This document shows, piece by piece, positions 28,148-41,272 of a DNA stretch of 64,000 nt. The position numbers and the translations under genes are program-made. The stretch is taken from NCBI RefSeq assembly GCF_009914755.1, contig NC_060935.1; one strand, written 5' to 3'. Position 1 is the stretch's first letter. Each line of letters opens with the position of its first letter. The notes below the pieces were generated by a model. It saw only the letters and a program-made list of their open reading frames with translations, did not search any database and was not told the origin of the DNA. Source of the stretch: the human T2T-CHM13v2.0 reference genome, Homo sapiens.

Positions 28148-28781
28148 GGACTTTTTTGAAAAATCAGGATAGAGCATTGAATAAAAACATTTAACATTTT
28201 GTAGAAATTACCTTCTGTATATTTTCTCATCAAATGTTGGGATCTTCTTTCTACTTTAGCAAGTAAAAATCCACTGCAATAAAAATAGCATGGGATTAAA
28301 ATATGTGAGCAAAGTAAAACTGCTAGTATATTTGCTCTTATAAAAGAATCAGATTAAAGAGGAAGTTTGATACAAGTCAAAGTCCACAAGTGCTTAATAT
28401 GCTTTGCACGTGAATTTAGTTGGTTCATCATTAATCATGTTTAGTTGCACCTGATTATTTTGGAGATTTTAATGTATCAGTTTTATTAGAGTGACTTCTC
28501 AGGATGTTTATAACAATGATTACAGCTCTGTTAATTATTCCACCTATTTTGGGATTGTTTCAAAGTCAATCTAATTTTTTTAAATCTAAGGTTATAATGG
28601 GTAAAGACTAGATGACTTGTTTAGACAGTTTCCATTGTGTTAAGAAAACTTAAATATGATTTGGCTATTTTAATGTTTATAATATATAGTTCATTGCTAC
28701 TTATGATTTTCTAAAAAGAAATATTTTTATATGATAATGTTTTCTATAACTTCCGCTTTATTTGAACATGAAAAACAATTC

Positions 28782-29073
<292 letters not shown>

Positions 29074-31920
29074 GAAAAATAATGCTTTATTAATACAATT
29101 GTCCTCCTTCATCCTTCCAAAGAGTGAGCCTCCTTAATAGAACCAAGGGCATGAGTAATAAAACCCATTTCAAACCTCCAGACTAATAAAGGTGCAAATT
29201 GTAACATGCTGGGTTCTTGTATACAAAGTAATTTATGCAAAAATAGTAATTTCCAGATGTTTATATGAGTGAGAAATTAAAAGTCAAATGTATGGGTACA
29301 GTGAAAACTATCTCTCAAAACCTCAATAAACTTCCAAATACTCTATCTTGTTGCTAACCATCAAATTTAAACTATGATCGTTATAACAAAATATTTATGT
29401 TCATAGACATTCAAAGATCACATTTATGGACTGACCAGGGTGCATGATAAATAATTGAATCAGGCAGCAGACAAGAATTGATTCCGAAGTTTGGCCCAGA
29501 ATAACATCATTGCAGTAGTATGGTCAGTGGAAAGTCATCACAGCTCAGGAATCAACTGTGCTATTATAGATTGAAAAGAAGCCAAAAGTCTGGGTCAATT
29601 TTTTTTTATAATTAATTTTTCACTTGGTGAGTACATAGTAGGTGTATATATTTATGGGGTACATGAGATATTTTGACACAGGCAAACTGTGTGATAATCA
29701 AATCAGGGTAAATGGGATATTCATCACTTCAAGCATGTATCCTTTCTTTGTGTTATGAAAAATCAAATTATATACTTTTTGTTATTTCTAAATATAGAAT
29801 AAATTATTTTTGACTGTAGTCACCCTGTTATAGTCAAATACTAGATCTTATTTATTCTATTTAACTATTTTTGTACCCAATAACTATCCCGTCTCTCCCT
29901 GCAACTACCCTTCCCAGCCTGTGGTAACCATTATTCTACTCTCTATCTCTATGAGTTCAATTATTTTAATTTTAGCTTCCAAAATCAGCTATCTTCCTTT
30001 GCCTGGCTTATATTGCTTAACATAATGACTTCCAATTCCATCCTTGTTGTTGCAAATGCGGGGTCTCATTCTTTATAGCTGAATACTGCTCCATCGTGTA
30101 TATGTACCACATTTTCTTTATCCATTCATCTGTTGATGACAATTAGGCTGGTTCCAAATTTTGACTGTTGTGAATAGCGCTGCAATAAACATGGGAGTAA
30201 GGATATCTTCTCAATGTATTGATTTGCTTTCTTTTGGGTATATACCTAGTAGTTGGATTGCTGGATCTTATGTTGGTTCCACTCTTTGTTTTTTTGAGGA
30301 AACTCCCAACTGTTTTCTATAATGGTTGTGCTAATTTACATTCCCAGCAACAGTGTACCAACGTTGTCTTTTCTCCACATCCTCACCAGCATTTGTTACT
30401 GTCTGTCTTTTGTATAAAAGCCATTTTAACTGGGGTGGGATGCTATCTCACTGTGGTTTTGGTTTGCATTTCTCTGATGATCAGTGATGTTAAGCACCTG
30501 ATCACATACCTGTTTGCCATTTGTATGGCTCCTTTTAGAAATGTCTGTTCAGATCATTTGCCCATTACTAAATCAAATTGTTAGATTTATTTCCTGAGTT
30601 GTTTGGGCTCCTTATATATTCTGGTTATTAATCCCTTGTCAGATGAATAGTTTGAACATATTTTCTCCCATTCTGTTTGTCTTTTCTTTACTTTGTTGAT
30701 TGTTTACTTTCCTGTACGGAAGCTTTTTAACTTGATGTGAACCTATTTGTTTATTTGTGCTTTGATTGCCTGTGCTGGTGGGGTATTACTCATGGAATTT
30801 TGCCCAGTCCAATGTCCTGGAAAATTTTACCCAATGTTTCCTTTTACTAGTTTTACATTTACAGGTATTAGATTTAAGGCTTTAATCCATTTTGATTTGA
30901 TTTTTTTAACTGTGAGACATAAGGGTCTAGGTTCATTCTTCTGCATGTGGATATCCAGTGTTGCCAGTATCATTTATTGAAGAGACTGTCCTTTTCCCAA
31001 TGTATGTTCTTGGCACCTTTGTTGAAAATTAGGTCACTGTAGATGTATGGATTTGTTTCTGGATTCTCTATTCTGTTGCCTTGGTCTATGCATCTGTTTT
31101 TATGCCAGGACCATGTTATTTTGGTTACTAAAGCTTTGTAATATAATTTAAAGTCAGGTAATATAATTCCTCCAGTTTAGTTATTTTTGCTAGGATAACT
31201 TTGGCTATTGTGGCTTTTTGTGGTTCCATATAAATTTTAGCATTGTTTTTTCTACTTCTGTGAAGACTGTCATTGGTATTTTGATAGATATTGCATTGAA
31301 TCTCTAGATTGCTTTAGGTAGTAAGAACATTTTAATAATATTGATTCTTCTAATTGATGAATATGGAATATCTTTCCAGGTTTGTGTTACCACTTCAATT
31401 TCTTTCATTATTTTTAAAATAGTTTTCATTATAGAGATATTTTATTTCATTGGTGAAGCTTATTCCTATGAATTTATTTTATTTGTAGTATTATAATGGG
31501 ATTACTTTCTGGATTTCTTTTTCAGATTGTTCACTGTTGGTATATAGAAATGCTACTAATTTTTGTATGTTGATTTTTGTATCCTGCAACTTTACTCTGT
31601 TTATTTATCAGTTCTAATAGGTTTTTTGATGGGGTCTTCAAGATTTTCAAAATAGAAGATCATATCGCCTGTAAACAAGAATAATTTGACTTCTTCCACT
31701 CCAATTTGAATGCCCTTTATTTCTTTCTTTTGTCTGATTGTTGTAGCCAGGACTTTCAGTACTATGTTGAATAACAGTGGTGAAAGTGAGCATCCTTGTC
31801 ATCTTACAGATATTAGAGAAAAGGTTTTCAATTGTTCCCCATGCAGTATACTAGCTGTGAGTCTGTCATATATAACTTTTATTATGTTAAGGTATGTTCC
31901 TTCTGTATCCAGTTTTTTCC

Positions 31921-32009
31921 GGTTATTAATCCCTTGTCAGATGAATAGTTTGCACATATTTTCTCCCATTCTGTGTGTTTTCTCTTTACTTTGTTGATTG
32001 TTTACTTTC
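31921..32009 (+). repeat. 89-bp displaced direct copy of 30623-30711
   Basis: ggttattaatcccttgtcagatgaatagtttg.acatattttctcccattctg...ctttgttgattgtttactttc occurs twice, with 4 mismatches by eye. Confidence 0.93.
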
Positions 32010-32290
32010 ATTTATTTATCATGAATTTCATTTATCAGGACATTTATCATGAAAGGATGTGGGATTTCAAAAAATGCATTTTCAGCATCAATTTAAATGA
32101 TTTTTTCCTTCATTCTGTTGATATGATGTATTATATTGATTGATTTGCATATGTTGAACCATCTTTGCATCCCTAGAGTAAATCCAACTTCATCATGACA
32201 AATGATCTTTTTAATGTGTTATTGATTTGGTTTGCTAGTATTTAGTAGAGGATTGTTGCATCAATGTTTATCATGGATATTTGCCTGCAG

Positions 32291-32292
32291 TT

Positions 32293-32363
<71 letters not shown>

Positions 32364-32597
32364 CTTTCTTTCTTTCTTTCTTTTCTTTCTTTCTTTCTTT
32401 TTTCTTCTTTCTTTCTTCTTTCTTTCTTCTTTTTCTTCTTTCTTTTTTCTTTTTCTTCTTTCTTTCTTTCCTTCCTTCCTTCTTTTCTTCCTTCCTTCCT
32501 TCTTTCCTTTCTTCTTCCCTCTCCCCTCTCCTGCCTTCCCCTCCCCTCCCCTCCCCTCCCCTCTCCTCTCCTCTCCTCTCCTCTCCTTTCCTTTCCT
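32291..32597. repeat. Compound polypyrimidine microsatellite (TTTC)n/(TTC)n/(CTTC)n/(CCCCT)n/(CTCCT)n
   Basis: About 307 nt with only one purine visible (G at 32533). Confidence 0.97.
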
Positions 32598-34659
32598 GTC
32601 TAGCTTTAGTATTGGTGTGATACTGGCCTCTTACAATAAATTTGGAAGTATTCTCTCCATCTCTATTTTTTGAAACAGTTTGAGTAGAATTGATATTCAT
32701 TCTTCTTTAAATGTTTGGAAAAATTGAGTAGTGAAGACATCAAGTCCCAGGCTTTGCTTTGCTATAAGACATTTTATTATGGCTTTGATCTCATTACTTG
32801 TAATTGGTCTGCTTAGGTTTTGAATTTCTTCATGGTTCAATCTTGGTAGGTCATATTTGTCAAGGAATTTATCCATTTATTCTAAGTTTTCCAATTCATT
32901 GGCATGTAGAGGCTCAGTAGTCTAGTGATCCTTTGGATTTCTGTGGTATTGGTTGCAATGTCTTCTTTTTCATTTCTGAATTTACTTATTTGAGTCTTCT
33001 TTGTTCTTACTTAAAGTAAGGTTCATCAATTTTGTTTGTCTTTTCAAAATCTACTTTTGGTTTCACTTATCTTTTCTATTTTTTTGTTTCAATTTTATTT
33101 ATTTCTGCTCTGATCTTTATTATTCTTTTATTCTACTAGTTTGAGGTTTTATTTGCTTTTGCTTTTCTAGTTAAGATGTATCATTATGTTGTTTAGTTGA
33201 AGTTTTTCTACTTTTTAAATATAGGAACTTACAGCTATAAATCTTCTCTTAGTACTTCTTTTACTACATCTCATAAGTTTGCTAAGTTTGTTACCATTTT
33301 TACTTGTTTCAAGAAATTTTTAATTTCCTTCTTAATTTCTTTGTCGACCCACTGGTCATTCAGGAGCATATTGTTTAATTTTCATGTGCTTGTATAGTTG
33401 CCAAAATCCATCTTGTTATTGGTTTCTAGTTTTAATCCACAATGTTTAGAGACGATACTTGACATAATTTCAGTTTTTTGAACTGATTTGTGGCCTAACA
33501 TATGGTCTAACCTTGAGAATAATTTATGTGCTGAGGAAAATAACTTTTATTCCACAGCTGATGGGTGAAATGTTCTGTAAATGTGTATTATGTTCATTTG
33601 GTCCGTAGTGCAGATAAAGTCTGATGTTTCTTTGTTCTTTTCCTGTCTGGATGATCTGTCTAATGATGAAAGTGAAGTGTTAAATTCTCCAGCTATTATT
33701 GTATTGGATTCTATCTCTCTCTTTAGCACTAATAATATTTGCTTTATATATTTGGTTGCTCCAGTGCTGAGTGCATATATGTTTACTATTATTATAACTA
33801 CTTGCTGAATTAACAACTTTATCATTATATAATAACCTTCTTTGTCTCTTTTTATGATTTTTGTGTTAAAATATATTTTGCCTGATATAAGTATAGCTAC
33901 TCTTCCTCTTTTTTGATTTCCATTTGCATAAGAATATCTTTTTTCTATCCCTATATTTTGCATATTTTTGTGTCTTTATAGGTGAAGTGTGTTTCTTATG
34001 GTTATCAGATTTTTAGATCTTATTTTTTTTCTTTTTATCCATTCAGCCACTCCATCTCTTTTGATAGGAGGGTGCAGTCCATTTACATTCAAGGTTATTA
34101 TTGATAACTAAGGACTTACTGCTATCATTTTGCTATCTGTTTTCCAACTGTTTTGGTCTTCTCTTCCTTCTTTCCTTCCTTTATGACTTCCTTTTAATTA
34201 AGATAACTTTATCTGGTGGCATGTTTTAATTTCTTGCTTTTTATTTTTTTGTGTATTTGATACATGTTTTATGACTTGAGGTTACCATGTAGCATGCAAA
34301 TAATATTTTATAACCAATTATTTTCAACGGATGACAACTTAAACTGGTTTCATAAACTAACAAACTAATAAATAAAGATAAAATGAGTACAATCTCTACA
34401 TTTGAATTTTATCCTCCTGCTTTTTAACTTTTTGTTGTTTCCGTTTATATCTTATTGTACTGTCTATATATTGAAAAGTTGCTGAAGTTATTATTTTGAT
34501 CAACTTATCTTTTCCTCTTCTCAAGATATGAATAATTTACAAACCAATTGTACAAATACAATTACAATATTATAATATTTTGTGTTCTTCTGTGTACTTA
34601 CTATTATTGCATGAGTTTTGCACCTCTAAATATTTTGTTGCTCATTAACATCCTTTTCT

Positions 34660-35520
34660 TTCAGATCAAGGAACTCCTTTTAGCATCTCTTGTAAGACAA
34701 GTCTAGTGTTGATAAAATCCCTCAGCTTTTGTTTTTCTGAAAGAATCTTTATTTCTCCATATTTAAAGGATATTTTTACTAGGCATACTGTTCTAGAAGA
34801 AAAGTTTGTTTGCTTTATTTTAGCACTTTGAATATACCACTTCCTCTTGACATGTAATGTTTCCATTGAGAAGTCTGCTGCCAGATCTCTTGGAGCTCCA
34901 TTATATGTTATTTGTTTCTTTTTTCATGCTACTTTTGGAATCATTTCTTTATCCTTGACTTTAGGAGTTTGATTATTAAATGTCTTGAGGTACACTTGCT
35001 TGAGTTAAATCTGCTTGGTATTCTGTAACCTTCTTTTATTAATGCTTGAGTATTGATATCTTTCTCTATGTTTGGGAAGTTTTCTGTTATTATCCCTTTG
35101 AATAAACTTTCTACCTCAATCTTTCTCTCTCTATCTCCTCTCTAAGGCCAGTAACGCTTAGAATTGCCCCTTTCAGGCTGTTTTTTAGTTATTGTAGGCA
35201 TGCTTCATTCATTTTTATTCTTTTTTAAAATGTCCTCTGACTGTGTATTTTCAAAGAGCCTGTCTTTAAGCTCACTAATACTTTCTTTTGCTTGATCAAT
35301 TCTGCTGGTAAGAGACTCCGATGCATCCTTTAGTATGCAAATGCATTTTTCAACTCCAGAGTTTCTGCTTAGTTCTTTTCATTTATTTCAATTTTTTGTT
35401 AAATTTATTCAATAGAATTCTGAATTCCTTTTCTGTGTTATCTTTAATTCCACTGAGCTTCCTCAACACAGCTATTTTGAATTCTCTGTCTGGAAGTGCA
35501 CGTATCTCTGTTCTGTGCCT
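34660..35520 (-). pseudogene. L1 ORF1 remnant
   Basis: KISFKYGEIKILSEKQKLRDFINTRLVLQEMLKGV matches the ORF1p C-terminal domain. The 5' bound is approximate. Confidence 0.8.
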
Positions 35521-35582
35521 TATTTAGTTCATGATGAGGTCATGTTTCCTAAATGGTTTTGATGGCTGTGGATGTTTATTAG

Positions 35583-36151
<569 letters not shown>

Positions 36152-39100
36152 CCTTTCTTCCATTAGTTTTTCCCAAACAAATGAAGTATCTCTCTCTGTT
36201 CCAAGCTGCCTGGATCTGGGGGAGGGTTGACACAAGTACCCTTGTGGCCACTACCACTGGGACTGTGCTGAATCGGACCTGAAGCCAGCATGGTACTGGG
36301 TTTTACCCAAGGCCTGCTGTAACCACTGCCTGGCTGCCATCTATGTTCACTCAAGGAACTGACACTCTACAATCAGCAGGGGACAAAGCCAGCCAGTCTT
36401 GTGTCTTTCCCTTCAGGGTAGTGAGTTTGTCTGAACCCAGGCATGTCTAGAGATGCTGTCAGGAAGGCAAAGTCTTCAATGAGAAACCTTAAGAATCCCC
36501 CTGATGCTCTATTGTTCTGCAGCTGAGCTGGCACCCAAGCCACAAGACAACATCCTTTCCACTCTTTCCTCCCTTTTCCACAAGCAAAGGAGTCTTTCTT
36601 GATGGCCACCAAAGGCCCAGGCCTATGGCAAGTATTGACCAGCAACTGCTGATGCTCACTCAAAGCCCAACCATTCTTTTTTTAAGCTCGTGGTAAGTGC
36701 TGCCATGCCTAGGACCTCTCCCTTCAGGGCAATGGGCCTCCCAGTAGCCCAGGGCAGGTTCAGAAATGCCTTCCAAGAGCCAAGGCCTGCAACTGGGGAC
36801 CCCAAGAACCTGCTTAGTGCTCTACCCCACTGTGGCCAAGCTGGTACCTAAGCTTCAAGGCAAAGTCCTCTTTATTCTTCTCTCTCCTTTTCTCAAGCAG
36901 AAGGAATCTCTCCCCATAGTCACCACAGCTAGGAATGTGCTAGATCACATCTGGAGCCAGCATGTCTCAGAGTGTCACCTAAAACCCATAGGAAGTACTG
37001 CCTGGGTATTTCTACTGATTATTCAGGTCCCAAGGGCTCTCTAGTCAGCAGGTGATGAATCCTGCCTTATTCTTCCTTTCAGAGAGTAGGTTTCCTCTGG
37101 CCCAGGGTGTGTCTAGAAATATCATCCAGGAGCTACGGCCCAGAATGTGGGCCTTGCAACTTTGTTTCATGCCCAGTCCTATTGTGGCTGAGCTGGTATC
37201 CATGTTGTAAGACAGAGTCTTTCTTACTCCCCCTTCTCGTCTCCTTAAACAGAGGGAAAGTGTCTCTCCCAGAGCTGTGAGCTGTGCTGCCTGGCACTGG
37301 GGAAGGGGTAGCACAAATACTCACTTGAACACCCTAGCTGGTGTCTCACTAGGTTGCTTGTCCCCCAAGTCCACTGGCTCCAAGCATCATGGCTTTCCCA
37401 GGAAGTGCAGTCCTTGTGACCTAGATTGCCTTTGAAGCTTATTTTAGATCACAGAGTTGTTTAGCCCACAGTAGCGAGGCCTGCCAGACCTCAAGTTCCA
37501 ATTCCTGGGGTCGACAGATCCCTTCTGGCTAGGGCTGGTCTAAATGCTCCCTCTGTGGATGTCAACGGAGTTCTGCCTGGTGTTCCTTTCCACATTGATA
37601 CAGCAGCACTGAGTTCCAATGCAAAGCACCACGTTTGCTTTGTTCTCCTTCCACCAAGTGCACAGATTCTCTCTCTGCCTTATGGTGCCACTGCCAGGAG
37701 ATTGGGGAGGGGTGGTGTTGACATTAAAGATGGTCTTTCCTACCCTCTTGGTGCCTCTTTCAGTAATATGAAGTTAAAACCAGGTACTGTGATTGTTCAC
37801 CTGATTTTTTGTTCTTATGAAGGTGTTTTTTGTATAAATAGTTTTTCAATTTGGTATTCCTGTAGGAGAACTATTGGTGGAGGTTTCTATTTGGCTATAT
37901 TTCTCCACCTCCCCATTTTCCTAATAATGTCAGTTATTAAGGAAAAAGAATGTTTTATAGAGTAAGAGCAAGGCATTCTCCGGGGGAGTTAAGATGTACA
38001 GACAGAACTTGCAAGTAGCTTTTTAATATGCCACTTTCTGATTTATTCCTAAGGAGCTATTCTGTTGGGTAGTTCACCTCAAACTTAATGGTTCACTATG
38101 TCCTTCAGCTAAACAGTTTCATCCCTTGAGGGCTTAAAAGTTATTGTTACCTTTTTTTTCCACAAAATTAAAACACTGAGACATATAGAAATTAAATTCC
38201 ACAAAAAACAAATTATTGTTATAGATCTTATATCAGAATCATGGGTTTTGGTTTGATTTTTGTTTTACTACATAGTATTGGTCTCTGACTTCCTTCTGTA
38301 TTGATGGAATCTTTGTTTTCTAAAGCTTATATCCCTATTATAAATGGTGAGAATAAAGCAAATTATAGAAATATGCTTTCCTCAGTTTCTCAACAAACTA
38401 TGAGATAGACATGCAAGGCTATGTCTATGTAGGATGGTTTTCAAGAACTGGAAAATTATCCCAGTATTCCATTATATTTTTAATTTATTCCTAATATATT
38501 CTCAACTCCATCATAGATGAGTCTTTAGGTTCCTTCCAATGAATCTTATTTAGAAAACAATGTTTGGTGTCTCTATGTAGGTAAAGGTTTGGGATGCTTC
38601 TGCTGAGTGAGAATATTGATGAGATCTACTCTAAGAAAATTTAATATATGAAAATGAAGTTTTACAAACCAGCAAATTAAGCAATGTTTATTCAAAACTC
38701 AATGACTCGCCATAGATTGACAAATTATCGCTACCTGAATTGTAAACCTGATGTTATATATGTGTGAGAACACCTAATAATTTTAAGTATTTAATTATGA
38801 CAAATTACAGAACTATAGCACTTTATCTATTTTTAAATTAGAGTTTGTTTGTATACATATAAATATTTCCAGCTAATAGAAGATATAAATGAAGTATTCT
38901 CTATTCTAGTTTTAATATTTAGCTGTTAATTCTCTAATTTTAATCTGTATTGATTACTGCATAGCTTTCAAAAACTCTCCTTTTTACTGTGGACATTTGC
39001 CTATATGCATATGATCTCCATTATAATGCAATATTCATTCCAGCTCAAAATTCACAAACCTGAGAACAAATGCTAAGCCTGTACTCCTGTACTTGGTAGT

Positions 39101-39754
39101 CTTTGTATGCAATGTATTGTAAAGCTCTCTATATGCAATGCTGTATGTTTTCTTTTGAACAATTTTTTATTAAAGATTTTACCATTGCTAAGTCTATGAA
39201 AAATAACAATTGTTATTTATTTTCATTTTGGTAAGTGAAAAGAGGGGGCACAAAGCCTTCAAGTGACTCATTTTCTACTCTAAAATCTTTAGAAAGCTCC
39301 CTCCAGAGTTTTTACATACAAGTGTTTGTGTTCACTGAGATGATTTATGTACTCAACTCATTAAAGTATTTTAAAAGGATCCTCAGCAAGGTTAGCATTA
39401 AAAAAGAAATTAATTCAGTGCTGAGAATATAAATAGAATACTGTAATCATACCAAATAATAGAAATCAGCTCTTTCTTATCCAACATAAACTTCTTTCAA
39501 GGAAAAAAAATCAACCAGCTTCCATAATTACATTTTTATTGTGTTTTTCATTTACACCATATTTCTCTGTTAGGTAAGCTTGTCATTGCAGGCAGCTCTA
39601 CCTTATGTATTGAAATTAAAATCAAATAGACTCAAGGTTCTATGATTTTTTTTTGTTCTGTAACTAAACAAAAAAATATTTAAAATCTGTTGCTTAAGAA
39701 AAAATAAAATTATTTGATAGTCTAGGAATATTGCCATACTTCAAATAATGAGTA

Positions 39755-39940
39755 AAATTTTTAAAAAGTGTTTATATGCCAGACATGGTACAGGATGTTT
39801 TATAATAATTATCAAATTTAATTTTCAAAACAATTCTGTGATGTATACATATTTTAAGTATCTTAATTTTGCTACAATCAAAAATTCTAACATAAAGAGA
39901 TTTATAGCAAAAGGTTCACCATTAGCTCTCAAATGTAGAC
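39755..39940 (-). mobile_element. MIR fragment
   Basis: agtgtttatatgccagacatgg...aacaattctgtgatgta. Confidence 0.45.
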
Positions 39941-40749
39941 TTCTGAGAAGAAAATGTAGCTGCAGTTTGAAGCAGTAAATTCATCTTTCTTCTCTAAATG
40001 CCATATTGCCAATCTCATGATAAAACAGTTCTTCTCTACTCAATAACTTTTGATAACAACTCCTAGTGCTGCATACTTTGTTTGTGTACAGAGAAAGAAA
40101 TTTTTTCCAACATTCCAATTGTTTTTACATTTATTCTATTTGAATTGGTTTGATGGGGTCCCAACCCTAACACCATCATTTTACCCAAAAGAATGGAATA
40201 TGATAATTGGTTAAGTCAATAAGGGCTTAGATTAGGCGGTTTGAAGAATGGGATGTTACCTAAACAAAATTCAGGTACTATTAGTTGAGGAGAATTATAA
40301 AATAGCTGATATATTAGTAGATAAGAAATGCCCACTAGAATATTATAATCTACATTTAATAAATGAAAAAAGTCAGGTTCAAAAAATTAATTTACTTAAC
40401 AATTATTGCCCAGAATGAAGCTACCTCCACTTTGATGTTTTGCGTAACCTCAAGCCCATAACCCCCAATCCCATGAAAAAAGACTGGATTTAAACACTGC
40501 TGTGAATAGTACATGCCATATCATTGTATAGGTACTTGGTTTGTCCATTATAACATACCAGATTTGTTAACTGACTTTATATGAAATATGTATCTATCTT
40601 TAAAAAAATCAATGGAATTATTTTAATTTTGGATTTTCTAATGAAAACAAAAATAATTTGACAAGTAAAAAAATATGCATCTATGGTATGCAATGGATTA
40701 CATCCAGATTATTAAACTGTTAACCTAAAGATAGGCATATATAAAGTAA

Positions 40750-41272
40750 TGCGGTAGCTGGTTTCCAATGACAGTGTCTAAAAATTTTTCTCTTACCTTT
40801 ATGTTCATACTACATGTCAAGAAGTAGAACATATCTACCCTCCCCTTGATTGTGGGCTGTCCTCGGATGTAACCAATAAGATGAGGCAAAAGTGACATTC
40901 TAGAACCCCAGGCTTTAAGATAACAGACAGCATCCACTTTCTGTTCTTTAATGAGTAGTCATAATATGAGAAGCCCAAGCCACATGGGGAGACCACATGG
41001 AGAACTAACTTGCCTCTGTCAATCCCATATGATCTCCCTGCCAAGTGCCAGCATCAAATGCCAACCATGTGAGTGAGCCAAGTCGGACATTCCAGGCCAA
41101 TTTTAGATTGGCCCAATAGCCTGACATTTACAGCCATTCAACAATGGCCCAGCAAGTATCACGTAGAGAGAAAAAAACTGAGCCCAATCATTTCATGGAA
41201 AAATAAGAGATAATCAGATAGCTGTTTTAGGTGTTTAAATTTTGATATGGCTTATAATGCAGCAATATAAAA
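40750..41272 (+). mobile_element. MLT1G/H-like MaLR LTR
   Basis: gagaagcccaagccacatggggagaccacatggaga, ccagcatcaaatgccaaccatgtgagtgagcc, and the 3' end gcagcaatata. Confidence 0.75.

Larger units (their letters stand above)
30050..34128 (-). pseudogene. Decayed L1 ORF2 (EN-RT-C)
   Basis: ATG at 34128 (MIAVSP); endonuclease fragment YANGNQKRGRVAILISGK..KRDKEGYYIMIK..NIYA..; RT-proximal RQISMINIDATIL; many stops. The 3' bound is approximate. Confidence 0.88.

Noticed and set aside
32232-32700. Long F/L/S-rich and K/E/R-rich ORFs
   Set aside because: Translation artefacts of the polypyrimidine microsatellite.
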